A model generated the notes under the pieces. That model had not been told where the DNA came from. It ran no database searches and worked only from the letters and a program-made list of their open reading frames with translations. A stretch of 63,221 nt of DNA, the filler included, from Reticulomyxa filosa (taxonomy: Eukaryota > Protista > Foraminifera): NCBI GenBank assembly GCA_000512085.1. It is 18 parts of 18 records of this genome, joined end to end, with 100 filler letters (N's around TTAATTAATTAA, not from the genome) between each part and the next. Parts side by side here need not be neighbours in the genome. Positions count along the whole stretch, not along the records: positions 5,026 to 11,984 come from ASPP01022284.1; positions 12,085 to 17,804 come from ASPP01000075.1; positions 17,905 to 21,744 come from ASPP01049067.1; positions 21,845 to 23,443 come from ASPP01024051.1; 14 more parts are not named here. One strand, 5' to 3'. Positions 10,101 through 22,292 of this stretch are shown piece after piece (the first letter of the stretch is position 1; each line of letters starts with the position of its first letter). A program made the position numbers and the translations under genes.

Positions 10101-11984
10101 TTTTCTGTTGCAACTTGATTTCCTTGAATAAGCATTTCAAATCCTAGATTTTGACAATATTGATGAAATGCTGTTTTGATTTTTTTTGGATTTGTTTGAA
10201 TTCTTAATTCGAATAATTTATTTACAATATTTTTTACATGAATATCAATCCATTGTTCATTGAATGCTTCATAAACTTGTGATTTTGATATTTTAGTTCC
10301 AATGGAATGTTGTTTCATTAATGATGGTAACACAGTTAATATCATTCGAAGTAAAAATGGTTCTTCCATCATCTTATTTAAATTTGGATAATTTTTCAAT
10401 GTTGTTTTATATTGTCGTACTGTCCAATTCAAACTATTCTTCTTTTTTTTTTTTTTTATTCATTTTCACAAATTTATTAATATATCCATTCACTTGTCCT
10501 TTTGAAAAAGGCCATAAATATGTCATTGATGTTATTATTAAGTCCTTTGAACCAATTAAAACCTGTTTAATATCTCCATCATCTAATGCATGACTTCGAC
10601 AACTGACTATAATTTTTGCATTCCATTCATTTAAATTGAATCGATCATAAAAATATCTTTTATCATTATCATTTTTATTGTATTTGTCAAATATTTCATC
10701 AAATCCATCCAAAATAAATACAAATGAAATATTTTCACGAATAATATCAATTATCTCTTTATTGATTTGTTTCATTTGTAATGCTTGAGAAATGATTTGT
10801 TTTTCATTCAATTCATTATAACATTTTGGTAATGAAATATAAACAGGAATTGATATTGAAGGATCATTTGCATATAATTCCCACAATGCCTCTTCTAAAT
10901 GACGACAAAATAAACTTTTTCCTGACCCTGATTTTCCTTGCAATATTATCACTTGTTGTTTTTGTTGGTCATTTTTTTTTTCTTCTTTTTGTTCAGCTAA
11001 CAAATTAATTATATGTTGATGACAATCATATGAATCTTTTTTTTCATTGTCATCACCATCAGTATATGAATAATTGTTTGCTTGCAATGGTATATATGTT
11101 TCAAGTGCTTGCAATATAGTTGTATCTTCTTCTAATTCTTGTTTCCTTGATTCTTTTAATAATAATATAACTTCAGCACAACTTGTAGGATTCATTTCGC
11201 CCATAATGTATTTTTTAAAATATTCAAATAAAATAACATAAATAGCTTTCCCTTTCATTTCCTGTGGATTGAATTTACACAGTTGATCATAAACGAATTT
11301 AGTTAATTTTAATTGGATATCATTTTTGGAATTAATTTCTTCTTCAGTTATTCCTTTCAATTGAGGAGGTTTTAATATTCGAATTTCTGAATGTGGTTTG
11401 TAACGATTTGAGATTTTTTTGATTTCTTTTACATCAATCCATTCGCAGATTATATCATTGATTTTAGTTAATGTCTCATCACTTGTTTGTTTTAATTCTT
11501 CTTCTGATTGATTATTAGGTTTCCATGCTCGAATGTGTTCATAGAATAAATGACTTAATTTTGGATTTTCAATCACGGTATATCCTTCCAATGTTGTAAA
11601 ATTCTTCAATGTTGCTTGCATCTCAATATATACATCATGTTTTGGAACATACAATTTGATATTATGGAATCGATGATGTGTCTTTGATTGTTTACCAAAG
11701 AAATCTTTATCTTCAGACACAATCAAATTAAATTGTTCTGCTTTCTTCATAACTGTGACTGCAGTTTGCAATTTAGTTGAATTATCACATAAAATGGTAA
11801 ATCTTCCAATATCAAATGCTTGATTAAAGTCACCACCATAGTCTGCTTGAATCTTTTCCAATAATCTTTCATTTCCTTTTAAACTTGGTGGTTTCACAAC
11901 CGTAATATCATATTTCTGCAGTTCTGTCACCAAATTCTTTATTTCAATACTATTCATTGCACTTTCACTCCTTTCTCTCAAATC
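7122..11984 (-). CDS. NLR-like STAND protein: RelA/SpoT-like nucleotidyltransferase + NACHT + pentapeptide repeats + 16 WD40; possibly 5'-truncated; two homopolymer frameshifts
   Basis: ORFs 10434-11981, 7763-10432 and 7122-7799 join through single-base changes at an A15 run (~10443-10457) and an A3 run (~7779-7781). Walker A GKSGSGKS, Walker [15 protein letters not shown], pentapeptides [16 protein letters not shown], and 16 GH...WD repeats of 42 aa. No introns. Confidence 0.9.
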
Positions 11985-12120
11985 NNNNNNNNNNNNNNNN
12001 NNNNNNNNNNNNNNNNNNNNNNNNNNNNTTAATTAATTAANNNNNNNNNNNNNNNNNNNNNNNNNNNNNNNNNNNNNNNNNNNNAAATGAAAGATTAAAA
12101 TTTTTGAAAAAATTATAAAG

Positions 12121-12281
12121 ATTTAATAAAAAACCAAAATGATATTTAAAAATTACACGATTTGTAGATATTTTTTTAAAAAAAAATTTTGATTAAATGT
12201 TGTTTTTTTATGGAGAAACAAAATCATCTCTATAAGGTGGCATTTTAGGTGTCAACTTTCTTTTTTATCTTACTGTATTTG
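12121..12281 (+). repeat. Dispersed AT-rich non-coding repeat, copy 2 (diverged)
   Basis: aaaaccaaaatgatatttaaaaattacacgatttgtagatattttttt...ggcattttaggtgtca...tactgtatt aligns by eye with 32906-33063. Confidence 0.6.
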
Positions 12282-12389
12282 GAGAAATGATAACTACAGT
12301 TATTTGAACATTACGTTCTATATCTTATAGTTAAACAGTTCTACCACATGAACACGACACGTTGGCAATATAGTAAAAATTTTAAAGCA

Positions 12390-12660
12390 TACATCCAATA
12401 TGCGTGCACTTTCAATTTATCCACTTTAGTCCTTGATGCATTGTCACATATAATTTCTTATTTCTTGTCCAGATTTTACATCACAAAGTAATTATTCTAT
12501 TAATTGAACATGACAATGATCAAACTGTCCGGTGAAAATTCTACAAATTTAATACCATATAAATGCGGTGGAAGTTCTTGAGTTTCGTTTCCCGATACTG
12601 TATCACAATCTAATTGCTATGTCACCAAAGAAACAATTTTAGTGCAATATAACAAAAATC
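12390..12660 (-). pseudogene. Degraded WD40-repeat pseudogene
   Basis: Minus strand reads GDIAIRL/DTVSGNETQELPPHLYGIKFVEFSPDSLII and NRIITL/DVKSGQEIR, with frameshifts and stops at the WD codons. Confidence 0.65.
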
Positions 12661-13926
12661 TTATACTTGTAATATATCACTAGTAACCTGAAAAACTTTC
12701 AATTGATCGAAATATTTGATCTATTGAAGTGTTAATAAAATTTTTGAAAGAAATTTAAAGCATTCAAAATAGATTTATCTGCAATAGTTTTGTTTAATTC
12801 ACTTTATTTAAAAATCTCGCTTTGTGCACAAAAATAAACAGAAAAAAAGCTAAAACAGTTTTGTAGAGTACTTCGTTTTTCAGATATCAAATTGTGATTG
12901 ATTAAAGAATTACGTTTGATTAACATTATCATTTGTTGTATATCAATACTTGGTGTCTCTTTCGAATGCGACATACAGTTTTAAAGAAATTTATTTTTAT
13001 ACACATGTTGCATTTGTGATATAAATATGCAAGTATTTTTCATATTCCGAAAATCTAATTAGCACGTAGGATTCAGCGTCCAATCCAAATGCAGTAACTA
13101 TGTTATTCATGTCAAGACAGAGCTATTCCATAATGAACAAATGTGAACATTTAAATGTGTTTCCTTTGCAAATATCACCTGGCGGTCAGAATTTTCCGAT
13201 TTTCTACTTTTTTGGTTTAATAGATTTTTTGCGACTTTCAATTATTGGAAATACCAAGTCATTGATTAGATCTTCAAGCTTTGGCTTCAGCGTCTTGATC
13301 TTAATAAGTGTTTTTTTTGTGAACCAGTATTTTTTTCCTTTTTTGCTCTTGTGCTCAACTGCACTAACTCTGCGAATTTCTCGAACCATATTCCGGAATT
13401 AACTTCGAATGATCAGACATATTAAATATTTCAAATAGTTCACGACATTTCCATAACAGATGAATGTAAAATTTGTTATTAGACTTATTGAAAGCAATGC
13501 ATTCGTTTACCAGGTTGTTGCAACATAAAGTAAGCTACAACTCAGTTATTATGCATATTAATGCCATCAATCAAAACATTTTCTTGACAAAATCATTATT
13601 TTGCAATTAAAAAATGAACATAAAAAGATTTGAGTAATCAATATAATTTCGTGTGACTGGTTCAGTGATCCGAAAATTCCTGTTTTAATCTTTTCCATTC
13701 ATTATTTGTAAAAATTTGCACGCTTTGTTAAGCTATAAATTCCGAGTAAGGTCAACTTAACTTTAATTAAATCTCAGAAAACAAATCATTAACATGTCAT
13801 GTTTTCTACACTTTCATTGAAGGACAATAAATTTTATATCACATGATGTAAAGATAATATTAAAAAAAAAACCGTGAAAAAATTGTAATTGTCCATTTTA
13901 GGGAGATCTTTTTGCGTTGGTTGTAT

Positions 13927-16761
13927 CTATTTCTCTGATTTCTTCCATGTTGCTTTGTCTTTCTCAACAAACGGTAATCCATAGATGACAGTGTCAACTA
14001 TTGCACACTCAAAAGCAACTTGTTCTCCCCGTGAAACTTTCTCGAAAAGGAAAAGCCAAAATAAGTTGATATTATCGTTGCAACATCGTAATTTTACAAA
14101 CTCCTTCATTTTTTCTTCATATTTTTTGTCATTGTATTTTTGCTCTTTCCATGTACAGAAATCCGACAAATATTCATGTATCTCATTAATATCGTCTTGG
14201 TTATGTTTTGCTAGCACATAAATGAGATTGAGGTCAATACAATGGCCCCATATTGCACTGATTTCCATAGTTTGTTGTAAATACTCATCATACTCGGTCC
14301 ATGTCAATAATATCATTTGTGTGTCTTCATCTTCGCTCTCTATTTTTGCATTCCACAATGCAATTCCTTTATGTCCATCTTTAACACTATTATAACAGGT
14401 AATCGATCTTGCGAATAAAATTTCACGTTCATGTTTGTATTCAGATATCCACGACACATCACAGCTTTTAATTCCAAATGCTCGTCTCATAGAAGGATGG
14501 AAATGTAAAATGCATCCCCGGTCAGATCTATACATTTTTGCAACTTGTAAATCATCAGAAGTACTTACATGGCTAACGAAATATCCAGCTTCAATCTTTG
14601 TGATGTCTTCCAATCTCACTTGTTTCAATCCACTATATAAATCTATGTTACTTTCTTCTCTCCTTTCATAATTATGCAAAATAGTGATAGCAGCATGTAA
14701 ATACATATCCAAACAAGTCCAGCGATCATGTTTAAAATTGATTTGGTCAGAACTGAAGCCAGTATTACATGATTTACTGCAATACAATACAATTGCACAA
14801 ATATGATATAATTGAAGTGGATATCCCATTTGTTTATGAATATTATTATGATACAATATCTTCAATTCTTTTAATATTGTTAATATTTTATCATTTAATA
14901 TCAATTTATCTGGATTCTTTTTATTATAATTAATATTTTGTTTGATTACATCTTTTCCTGTTCGTAGTACTTTTGTAGAAATTAAATCGGTCAAATAGCC
15001 ATTCTTTATTATTTCATGTAACAATTCTTTCAATTGATTATTGGTTGATGTCTGGAGTAAATACAATTTATCTTCAATAGCTTTAATTCGATCGAAGTCG
15101 TTTTCAAACAGTAATGGATTAAATTTTTCTTTTTTTGTCGAAACAGTTTTACCTTCACCAAAAGCACTTGCCAGCGGGGTATCGATTTGTACAGGGATTG
15201 TATACTCATAGGGCACCATGCAATAATATGTTATCTCCCAATAGACTGGAATATTTGGATAATTACGAATATGTTTATAAATATCATGTAATAATACATT
15301 TTCATTAATATTTGGAGGAATTGGTGGTACACATCTGTCAAATATACAGTCAAAATATATAATTTTTTCCATTCCATGTTTGAACTTTCTTAAAACCTGT
15401 AATTTTTGCTTTAATTGTTGAAGCGCTTGTTTCAACGTGATAGAATAAGGATTCAATGGCTCTCTGTGAAATTGAAATTTTCCACCCTCACCATTCCATA
15501 TTACACTAAATGAATTGAATCTCTGTGGACATAGATGTAACAAAATATTTGGTCGATATACAAGTAAAGATCTATTCATTCAAAATAATTGTTTTGTGTA
15601 AACTTGTTAACTGAGCAGCTGTTTGATAAGAGCATGCAATCAGTCCAATCGAATGTGCGAAAATGCCAAGACTTGTTGAGGATGATATCGCACCACATGG
15701 TATGTGTGAGATCGTCAGTGGAGAAGTAATTTTGCCATTGAATGTCGACATTTAATTCCAATGATTTTTTCTTTGGATTTCCAACTTGTAATGATTTTAC
15801 CCTCAATGTTGTTTCGTCCAATAACATAATTGTTCGATGTTGATAATCAAACGCAATTTTATAATCTTTCCATGTTTTATTCTTCTTCATGCGTATCGTT
15901 TTTGGAATACCAAATATTTGTCTGTATCTATGTATGCAGCACAAGCCTAAGATGTTTTTGTCATTTTATTTGCAAATGCAAATAAATAATTGAAACACAG
16001 TACAATACATCAATTGATCATTGATGACACTTTGATAGCATTTCCACAATTTCTCTACGTTCATATTTTGGAAATACCAGTTCCCGTCATTGCCTTTATC
16101 GAAGCCGATTTTTTGCAAATAAATGGTCATATCAGCAAGTATGTCATCGATATTTTCATTTAATTTCTGGCATTTGTCTTGCAAATTTCGCAACAATGCA
16201 TTGTTGTCGATTTGACGGTATTTCGTTTTTGTAGGAAAATTTAACAGATTCCATAACACGTCCAAACATATTTCACGCGTTATTTTCAGATCGTTTTCTT
16301 CTTCAATTCTATGATAGACAAGCTATAAGCTCATTTATTTTTTTTTAACACTCCGTCCTGTGTGTGTGTGTGTGTGACCACAAAGTTTAACTCATTGATG
16401 TCCATGACGAAGGACATTTCAACTAATTTTCCAGTAGTATCACCGAACGCTCTATCAGATGCGTTCCAAGACTCTAAAATTTGCTCTTTGGAGAGACAAT
16501 CACCAAATATTTGCAGCAATTGCATTAATATTTTTTGCTGCTCAGGAGAAGTGCTGAAATTTAACAATTATTTCATGATTTGTAAAACAAGAACTGCAAA
16601 AGATATTCACAGAATCGTAACCTGTTCTTGCTAATAAAATTCAAGATTTCGACTGTTTCGTCTACGTCTTTTTTACGCCAAGTCCATACTTGAAAAATGA
16701 TCTCTTTGTCTAGATTTTTGAAATCTTTTTGAAGGCGCTGAAAATAATCCGAGGAAGTCAT
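13927..16761 (-). CDS. Five-exon protein: two CUE-like domains, PUB domain, C-terminal R-S-E-type ADP-ribosyltransferase domain
   Basis: Introns at 16554-16621, 16309-16391, ~15928-16008 and ~15523-15611 splice in frame. PUB-like LDVLWNLLNFPTKTKYRQIDNNAL...LQKIGF. ART motifs LYSGL (~14630), HVSTS (~14560), and DVSWISEYKHEREILF (~14415-14460). Confidence 0.75.
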
Positions 16762-17079
16762 TGTTTGATGCAGGATCTTTTTTGGTGTTACTTGTTGGGA
16801 TAAAAAAACTGGCTCTAAAAAACCCTTTATTCAAGTTCGTTCGAAAACTTGGACGTTGTTTTGGTAGAAAAACTATGACGCGAAAATTTTGTTTAGCTGA
16901 AGATGATGAAGTTATACAACAAAACAGAGCCATTATTTTTATCCACTTAAAAAAAAAAGCAAAAAAAAAAGTTGTGTAGACACAACAGAGTTGTAAGTAA
17001 TCCTCAAAGTAGAGAGGAGAAAAGCTAATAAATTACAGAAAATTTAGCAAAAGTGAATGGGCTGAGAGAGGATGGAAAG

Positions 17080-17700
17080 CTAAGGAGTAGTGGAATAGTT
17101 ATGATAATTATTGGTTACATTGTAGGCGTTGACAGAATGATCCTGAAAAGCCCAAGGAAGGACGTACGTCATGTCGTTGGAGGTTGTCTGATAGCTGGTG
17201 GCATAGATGGTATAATTGGAATTGTCATTAGTTTGACAGTTGGTATTTGCAGGATAAAACCACGTATGATTCAGACCTGGAGTGGGGAGAGGAGGGGGAT
17301 TGGTTGTTTGCTTGCTTGGGAACATGTCAATTCTCTCTCCCCTCCAAAAAAAAAAAAGAATACCATTGGAACAAGAGTTAGCATCGCAAAATGACCACGC
17401 TCCGTCTTGCCACACTTCAAACCAACTGTGGTTGTCAGAAAGTGAGCTCGCGACGCTATCGTTATGCATCGTGGAGTCGGTAGTTTGCGATAGGCCGGTG
17501 CAATTGGCATTCCATATGGTCCCTGCTACGCGTGTGGGCACACCTATTGCACGTAGCGCTGCCACCAGCGTGATACTGTGGCCAGTGCACGATGCATAAC
17601 CGTACGTTGTCACTTCAAATGGGGACATGACCAATGGGGTTTGGTCTGACAACCATACCACATTCAACATTGTCCACATATTATTCGCCATATATTCGGC
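17080..17700 (-). CDS. Transglutaminase-like superfamily protein, 3' part
   Basis: YASCTGHSITLVAALRAIGVPTRVAGT...NHSWFEVWQDGAWSFCDA gives the Cys-His-Asp triad. One intron at ~17278-17362. Confidence 0.85.
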   Translation of the reverse strand, partial: AEYMANNMWTMLNVVWLSDQTPLVMSPFEVTTYGYASCTGHSITLVAALRAIGVPTRVAGTIWNANCTGLSQTTDSTMHNDSVASSLSDNHSWFEVWQDGAWSFCDANSCSNGILFFFWRGERIDMFPSKQTTNPPPLPTPGLNHTWFYPANTNCQTNDNSNYTIYATSYQTTSNDMTYVLPWAFQDHSVNAYNVTNNYHNYSTTP

Positions 17701-18129
17701 TAACTTTACAATTCATTTTTTTTTTTTTTTTTTTTTTATTGTTTATAATATATACGCATATATCTCAAATACACATTTTAAAACTTTCTTTTTTTTTTTT
17801 TTTTNNNNNNNNNNNNNNNNNNNNNNNNNNNNNNNNNNNNNNNNNNNNTTAATTAATTAANNNNNNNNNNNNNNNNNNNNNNNNNNNNNNNNNNNNNNNN
17901 NNNNCGAAATCAAAATCAATGTGTGCTGAATTGTTGCAAAGAATTAAATAGCAACTCAAATTGACTAGTAATTCTTCACTTCTTTTGGTAAAGAAGGACA
18001 AGGTTATCAACGAAGACAAATTAATGGATAAAAAAACCGAGTGTCACCTGTTACTCTTTTTTTATGATAAAAAAGTTAAAAAAAAATAAAACAAACAATG
18101 CTTAATTATTTTAAAAGAAGACAAGCGAA

Positions 18130-19030
18130 TTGGCATGGTATCTTAGAAAAGTGAATATTCCAAATTTTTCTAACACAGAGAATTGTGAGCAACATTTTGC
18201 AGAGTTAAAAGAATTAGTGAAAATGTCTTTTGGTGAGCATTTACAAGACGATAAAAACGAAAAAGCGATACATAATGAAAAAGATTTGAAGGCAGTTTGG
18301 AGGAGTTTGTGTTGTGACAGCGATACGTATTGTTTGAAATTGTCAGTAGTCAATGCAAACGATGCCAAAAAAGTAAGCAACGAGTACGGACTAAAGAATG
18401 TACCAATGTATGAAGGAAAATAAGAATAGTGCAAAAATGGGCATTGAGTTGAAAATGTAGATAGTAACGATTGGAACGACAGAAAAGAATTATTGAGAAA
18501 AAGAAAGATGCATTACCAGAAATTGAACGCAACCAAAAATCAAATTTTACCGAAAAGGGAGCATCAGACGGATGAAGGATACTTAAACAACCCAAAATAA
18601 ATATCTGTGGAGTCTGTGGAGGAATCAACGAATTCAATGGTTGGCAAAGAGAAAGAAGAATTTAACATACAATAAACATTAAAGTTGATAAGCAAAGTGG
18701 ATGAAATTGCTACAGAAATTACAGATAAATATGTAATTTTGTTTCATGGAGGCACGAGTAATGAGTAAATCCACGTTAATACACTTCCTTTGGATCAAAG
18801 ATGGAAAAACAAATTGTAGATAATAGAACTCATATCGCTCTTATCAAAGTCCAAAACAAAGCTATATAAAACGTTGTCACCACAGCTGCTTCAATCGATT
18901 TAAAGGAGATGAGTTATTTACTGAGAAAGACAGTGTCGTGCTTATGACACTCCAGAATTTGAAGATACAATTGGCCCTGAAGTTGCTGTTGCAAATGGCA
19001 TTGGAATCATTCGAGCACACAAGCCATGAT
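18130..19030 (+). pseudogene. P-loop GTPase (AIG1/MMR_HSR1-like) pseudogene
   Basis: Broken G1 VILFHGGTS../KSTLIHFL (~18730-18790) and G3-like DTPEFEDTIGPEVAVANGIGIIRA (~18945-19015), with multiple stops and frameshifts. Confidence 0.6.
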
Positions 19031-19329
19031 TAAACTTTACAAAAGTTTGTTAAATTGTCTATGTTTTTTCATCATTGTTGCTTTTGAGCTAAGCTATGTT
19101 AAAAAGCAGCTACTTACATACTAATTAATTTTTATTATGGAAACTTACAGAACCGCCCAAAATTTATACATGAATGAAAGAAAATAGAATAATTTGCAAT
19201 TTTTTACAGTTGAGAAAATTAATATATCCATTTATTCGCTTATATTACAAAAGTATTTGTGATATTTGCATACTTAAATTGTTTTAATAGTCTCATAGTA
19301 TTAGCGTTGTCAAAGCTAATTACACTACT

Positions 19330-20562
19330 CACTGTTATCTTTTGACACCGCTGTCCGACCACTAGTGAATTCATTTTGGATAGATACGACGCTACAATCA
19401 TTGATTATGGGCAAACGGTTGGCAAAAACAAAAAAAAAATTCTTTAGATTTTCGATGGAATTAAAATAATTCCAACAGGAAAAAATTTTTTTTTTGGAGA
19501 CAGGATATGTAATAAAAAGGTGTTAAAAAAAAATGATACTATCAAAAAAAACTTTATTGTTCTTAATTATTTATCAAAAAAAAAAAAAGGGTCCAGAAAA
19601 AACATATACAATGGGAACAATGAGATGTGATGATGTAAAATCGCAAGAATTATCATATTTTGCTATTCAAAAACTCAATTTACCGACATGATGAACAAAA
19701 ACACAGTTGACCAAATTCAATGTTTGTTTATTGAAATCTCTAACGAAGAGACTCGAGACGCCACCAAGGCATTGACAATCCGTGAACACACAGATCTGGG
19801 AAGCACCAACTCCCGAATACACATCCCAGATTCCAATTATTTGATAGAAAGAGAAAAAAGTCTTATACAAAGGATTGTGTTTTGAGAAATGCTTACTTTT
19901 TTTTTGAATGCTCAGTTGGAAAAAAAATAATTGAAATTGAAAACTATGTCATCTGTAATGGATATTCTCGAGGCCTTGGATCGAGGGAACACATCTCGAG
20001 CCACAGCGTGCACACAAATGAATATTGAGTCGTCAAGATCACATGTCGTATTTACAATCTATTTGCATCAAGTCAAGTTTCATTTTGTTGATTTGGTTGG
20101 CTCCGAACGTGTCAAAAAAACAGGTGTCAATCTTTTATTAATACCTTTTAACATCCTTTTTAAAAGAAATTGAAATAATAAAAAAATAAAGGTGATGTGG
20201 GTGCCAGATTGACTGAAGGCATTGCCATCAACAGTGAATTGCTTGCCTTGGGCAATCCTCGATTGAAATGCACGCACGCACCATTTCGAGAATTTCGAGA
20301 TAACAAAATTGCTCGCTTGATACAGTATTCACTAGATGGCAATGAGCGCACTTTAATGGCTGCCTACATATCCCTCACTGCCATTAGCAAGAGCGCGCTG
20401 AGCTATGTCGATCAAGCAAAAAATATCCACAATAAGCATATTGTGAACAGAGACCTCCCCATATCAAGAAAATCCTGGATGCGAGTCTGCAGTCATCGTG
20501 TGATCTCGACTGCAACAATATGCAAGATTTTGCTGACCAAGCAGAACAAATTAATCAATTGA
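19330..20562 (+). pseudogene. Kinesin motor-domain pseudogene (kinesin-4-like)
   Basis: ATIIDYGQT|intron|GPEKTYTMG (degenerate P-loop GSGKT), [45 protein letters not shown], with internal deletions and frameshifts. Confidence 0.8.
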
Positions 20563-21844
20563 AAGCCTGTTTATGCGATTCCAATAACGAAGTCATTTGT
20601 GAATAATATATATAACATATATGTATATATTTTTATACACATATATGCATATATAATGAATATAAACAAAGAGCAACTCGTGTGGACGTGAAATGCATAG
20701 CTTACTGTTGCAAGAAAAAACGAAACAGCTGCGATTGTAAACTATTGTGCAAGTTGAGTGCACGTCTATCTTGGTTGTTTTGATTTTGACAATGCACTAT
20801 AGACAAACAAGTGAGTTGCTTTTTTTAATATGACGATAGACTTGTCAAATGCGATTGGAATGGATTTGATGTGACTTTGCAGTGGACAGATGTAAGAACA
20901 ATCAATAAATGCATAAACTTCAGAACAAGTTGTTGAAAATAATACTGAAAAAGAGCAAGACGATAATGATCATATTGGCGCTGATTCGAAAAGCAGAACA
21001 GAAACTAGTATAATTTTTGAAAAAAAAAGGGATTAATGAATCAAAGATTATTGCAGCTTATAAAGAAGATGTCACAACTTTGAAAGAAGGTGAGCAGAAA
21101 TGTGATAAGATAGAGAATTTGTGCTGTGAATAAAACTCTGGTTTGGATCCAAATTTGTCCAATATGTACTATATGTACTATATGTACTATAATTTGCTTG
21201 GCTTTTTTGTTCGAATTCTTTACTCATTTCTGGTTATCGAATTTTTATACACAAATGTTAATTTGATATGTATTGTGCACTTTTTTTTATCTATTTTTTT
21301 TATTGAAGATAAGAAAATTTCGGTGATACAACTTTAATTGTATTATTTACTCCACACATATTGTTTGCTTACATTTTTGTCGTTATCATTGTATTTTTCC
21401 CCTTTTCCGGTTTCTTCCACTAGTAAGGAATCGGACACCAACACTATTTCATTTTTGGCCAATCCATACGTGAATACAAATTCTTCATTACCACGAAATC
21501 AAATTCATTGTTTTTTTGCGTTGCTTGTTTCAACTTTAAATGATCGGGGTTTTGAGCTTTGTGAGATAAAATCACCAAATAAAAATGTCATATTGAACTG
21601 GCTTTACTTTTCTGACAATACTTCCTTTTAAAACACTTTTCTATAACACATGACAATGGATTATCATTATCCATTCTTTCATTTGATTTTTTCAAAAATT
21701 CTTTGCTCAATTCCAACTCTTGCTTTGATTGATCTTCGCCATATNNNNNNNNNNNNNNNNNNNNNNNNNNNNNNNNNNNNNNNNNNNNTTAATTAATTAA
21801 NNNNNNNNNNNNNNNNNNNNNNNNNNNNNNNNNNNNNNNNNNNN

Positions 21845-21882
<38 letters not shown>

Positions 21883-22292
21883 TGAACAATTTTGTAATAC
21901 AATAGAGCTATTCACAAACCCAAATTTCTGACTTGCACAGATGTGCCTTATCGTTTTGTGTTTAATGAAAAAAAATCCTATGTTTGTTCTGTTGGTGCAA
22001 GAACGTACTATGTGCTAACTGATTTGTTGTTCCACCCCACAGCGGAAAAAAAAAAGGCAAAGAAAACTCGCTTCAGATAATGCCTTTCAAAAAAAAAAAA
22101 AAAAAGCGCACGATAATGACACCAATTAGAGTCGGAGTTGGAAGTGCAGAGGTCAATGCAGCATCAGCTACTCTACAACTTGGTATTTTTTTAAACTGCA
22201 AATTGAAATATATTTGATTGTTTAAAGTGTCCGTTTTTTGTAGAACAATGGCGGCGGTTTTCCCTTTTTTTTTGTTGCATTGGCTCATGTAA

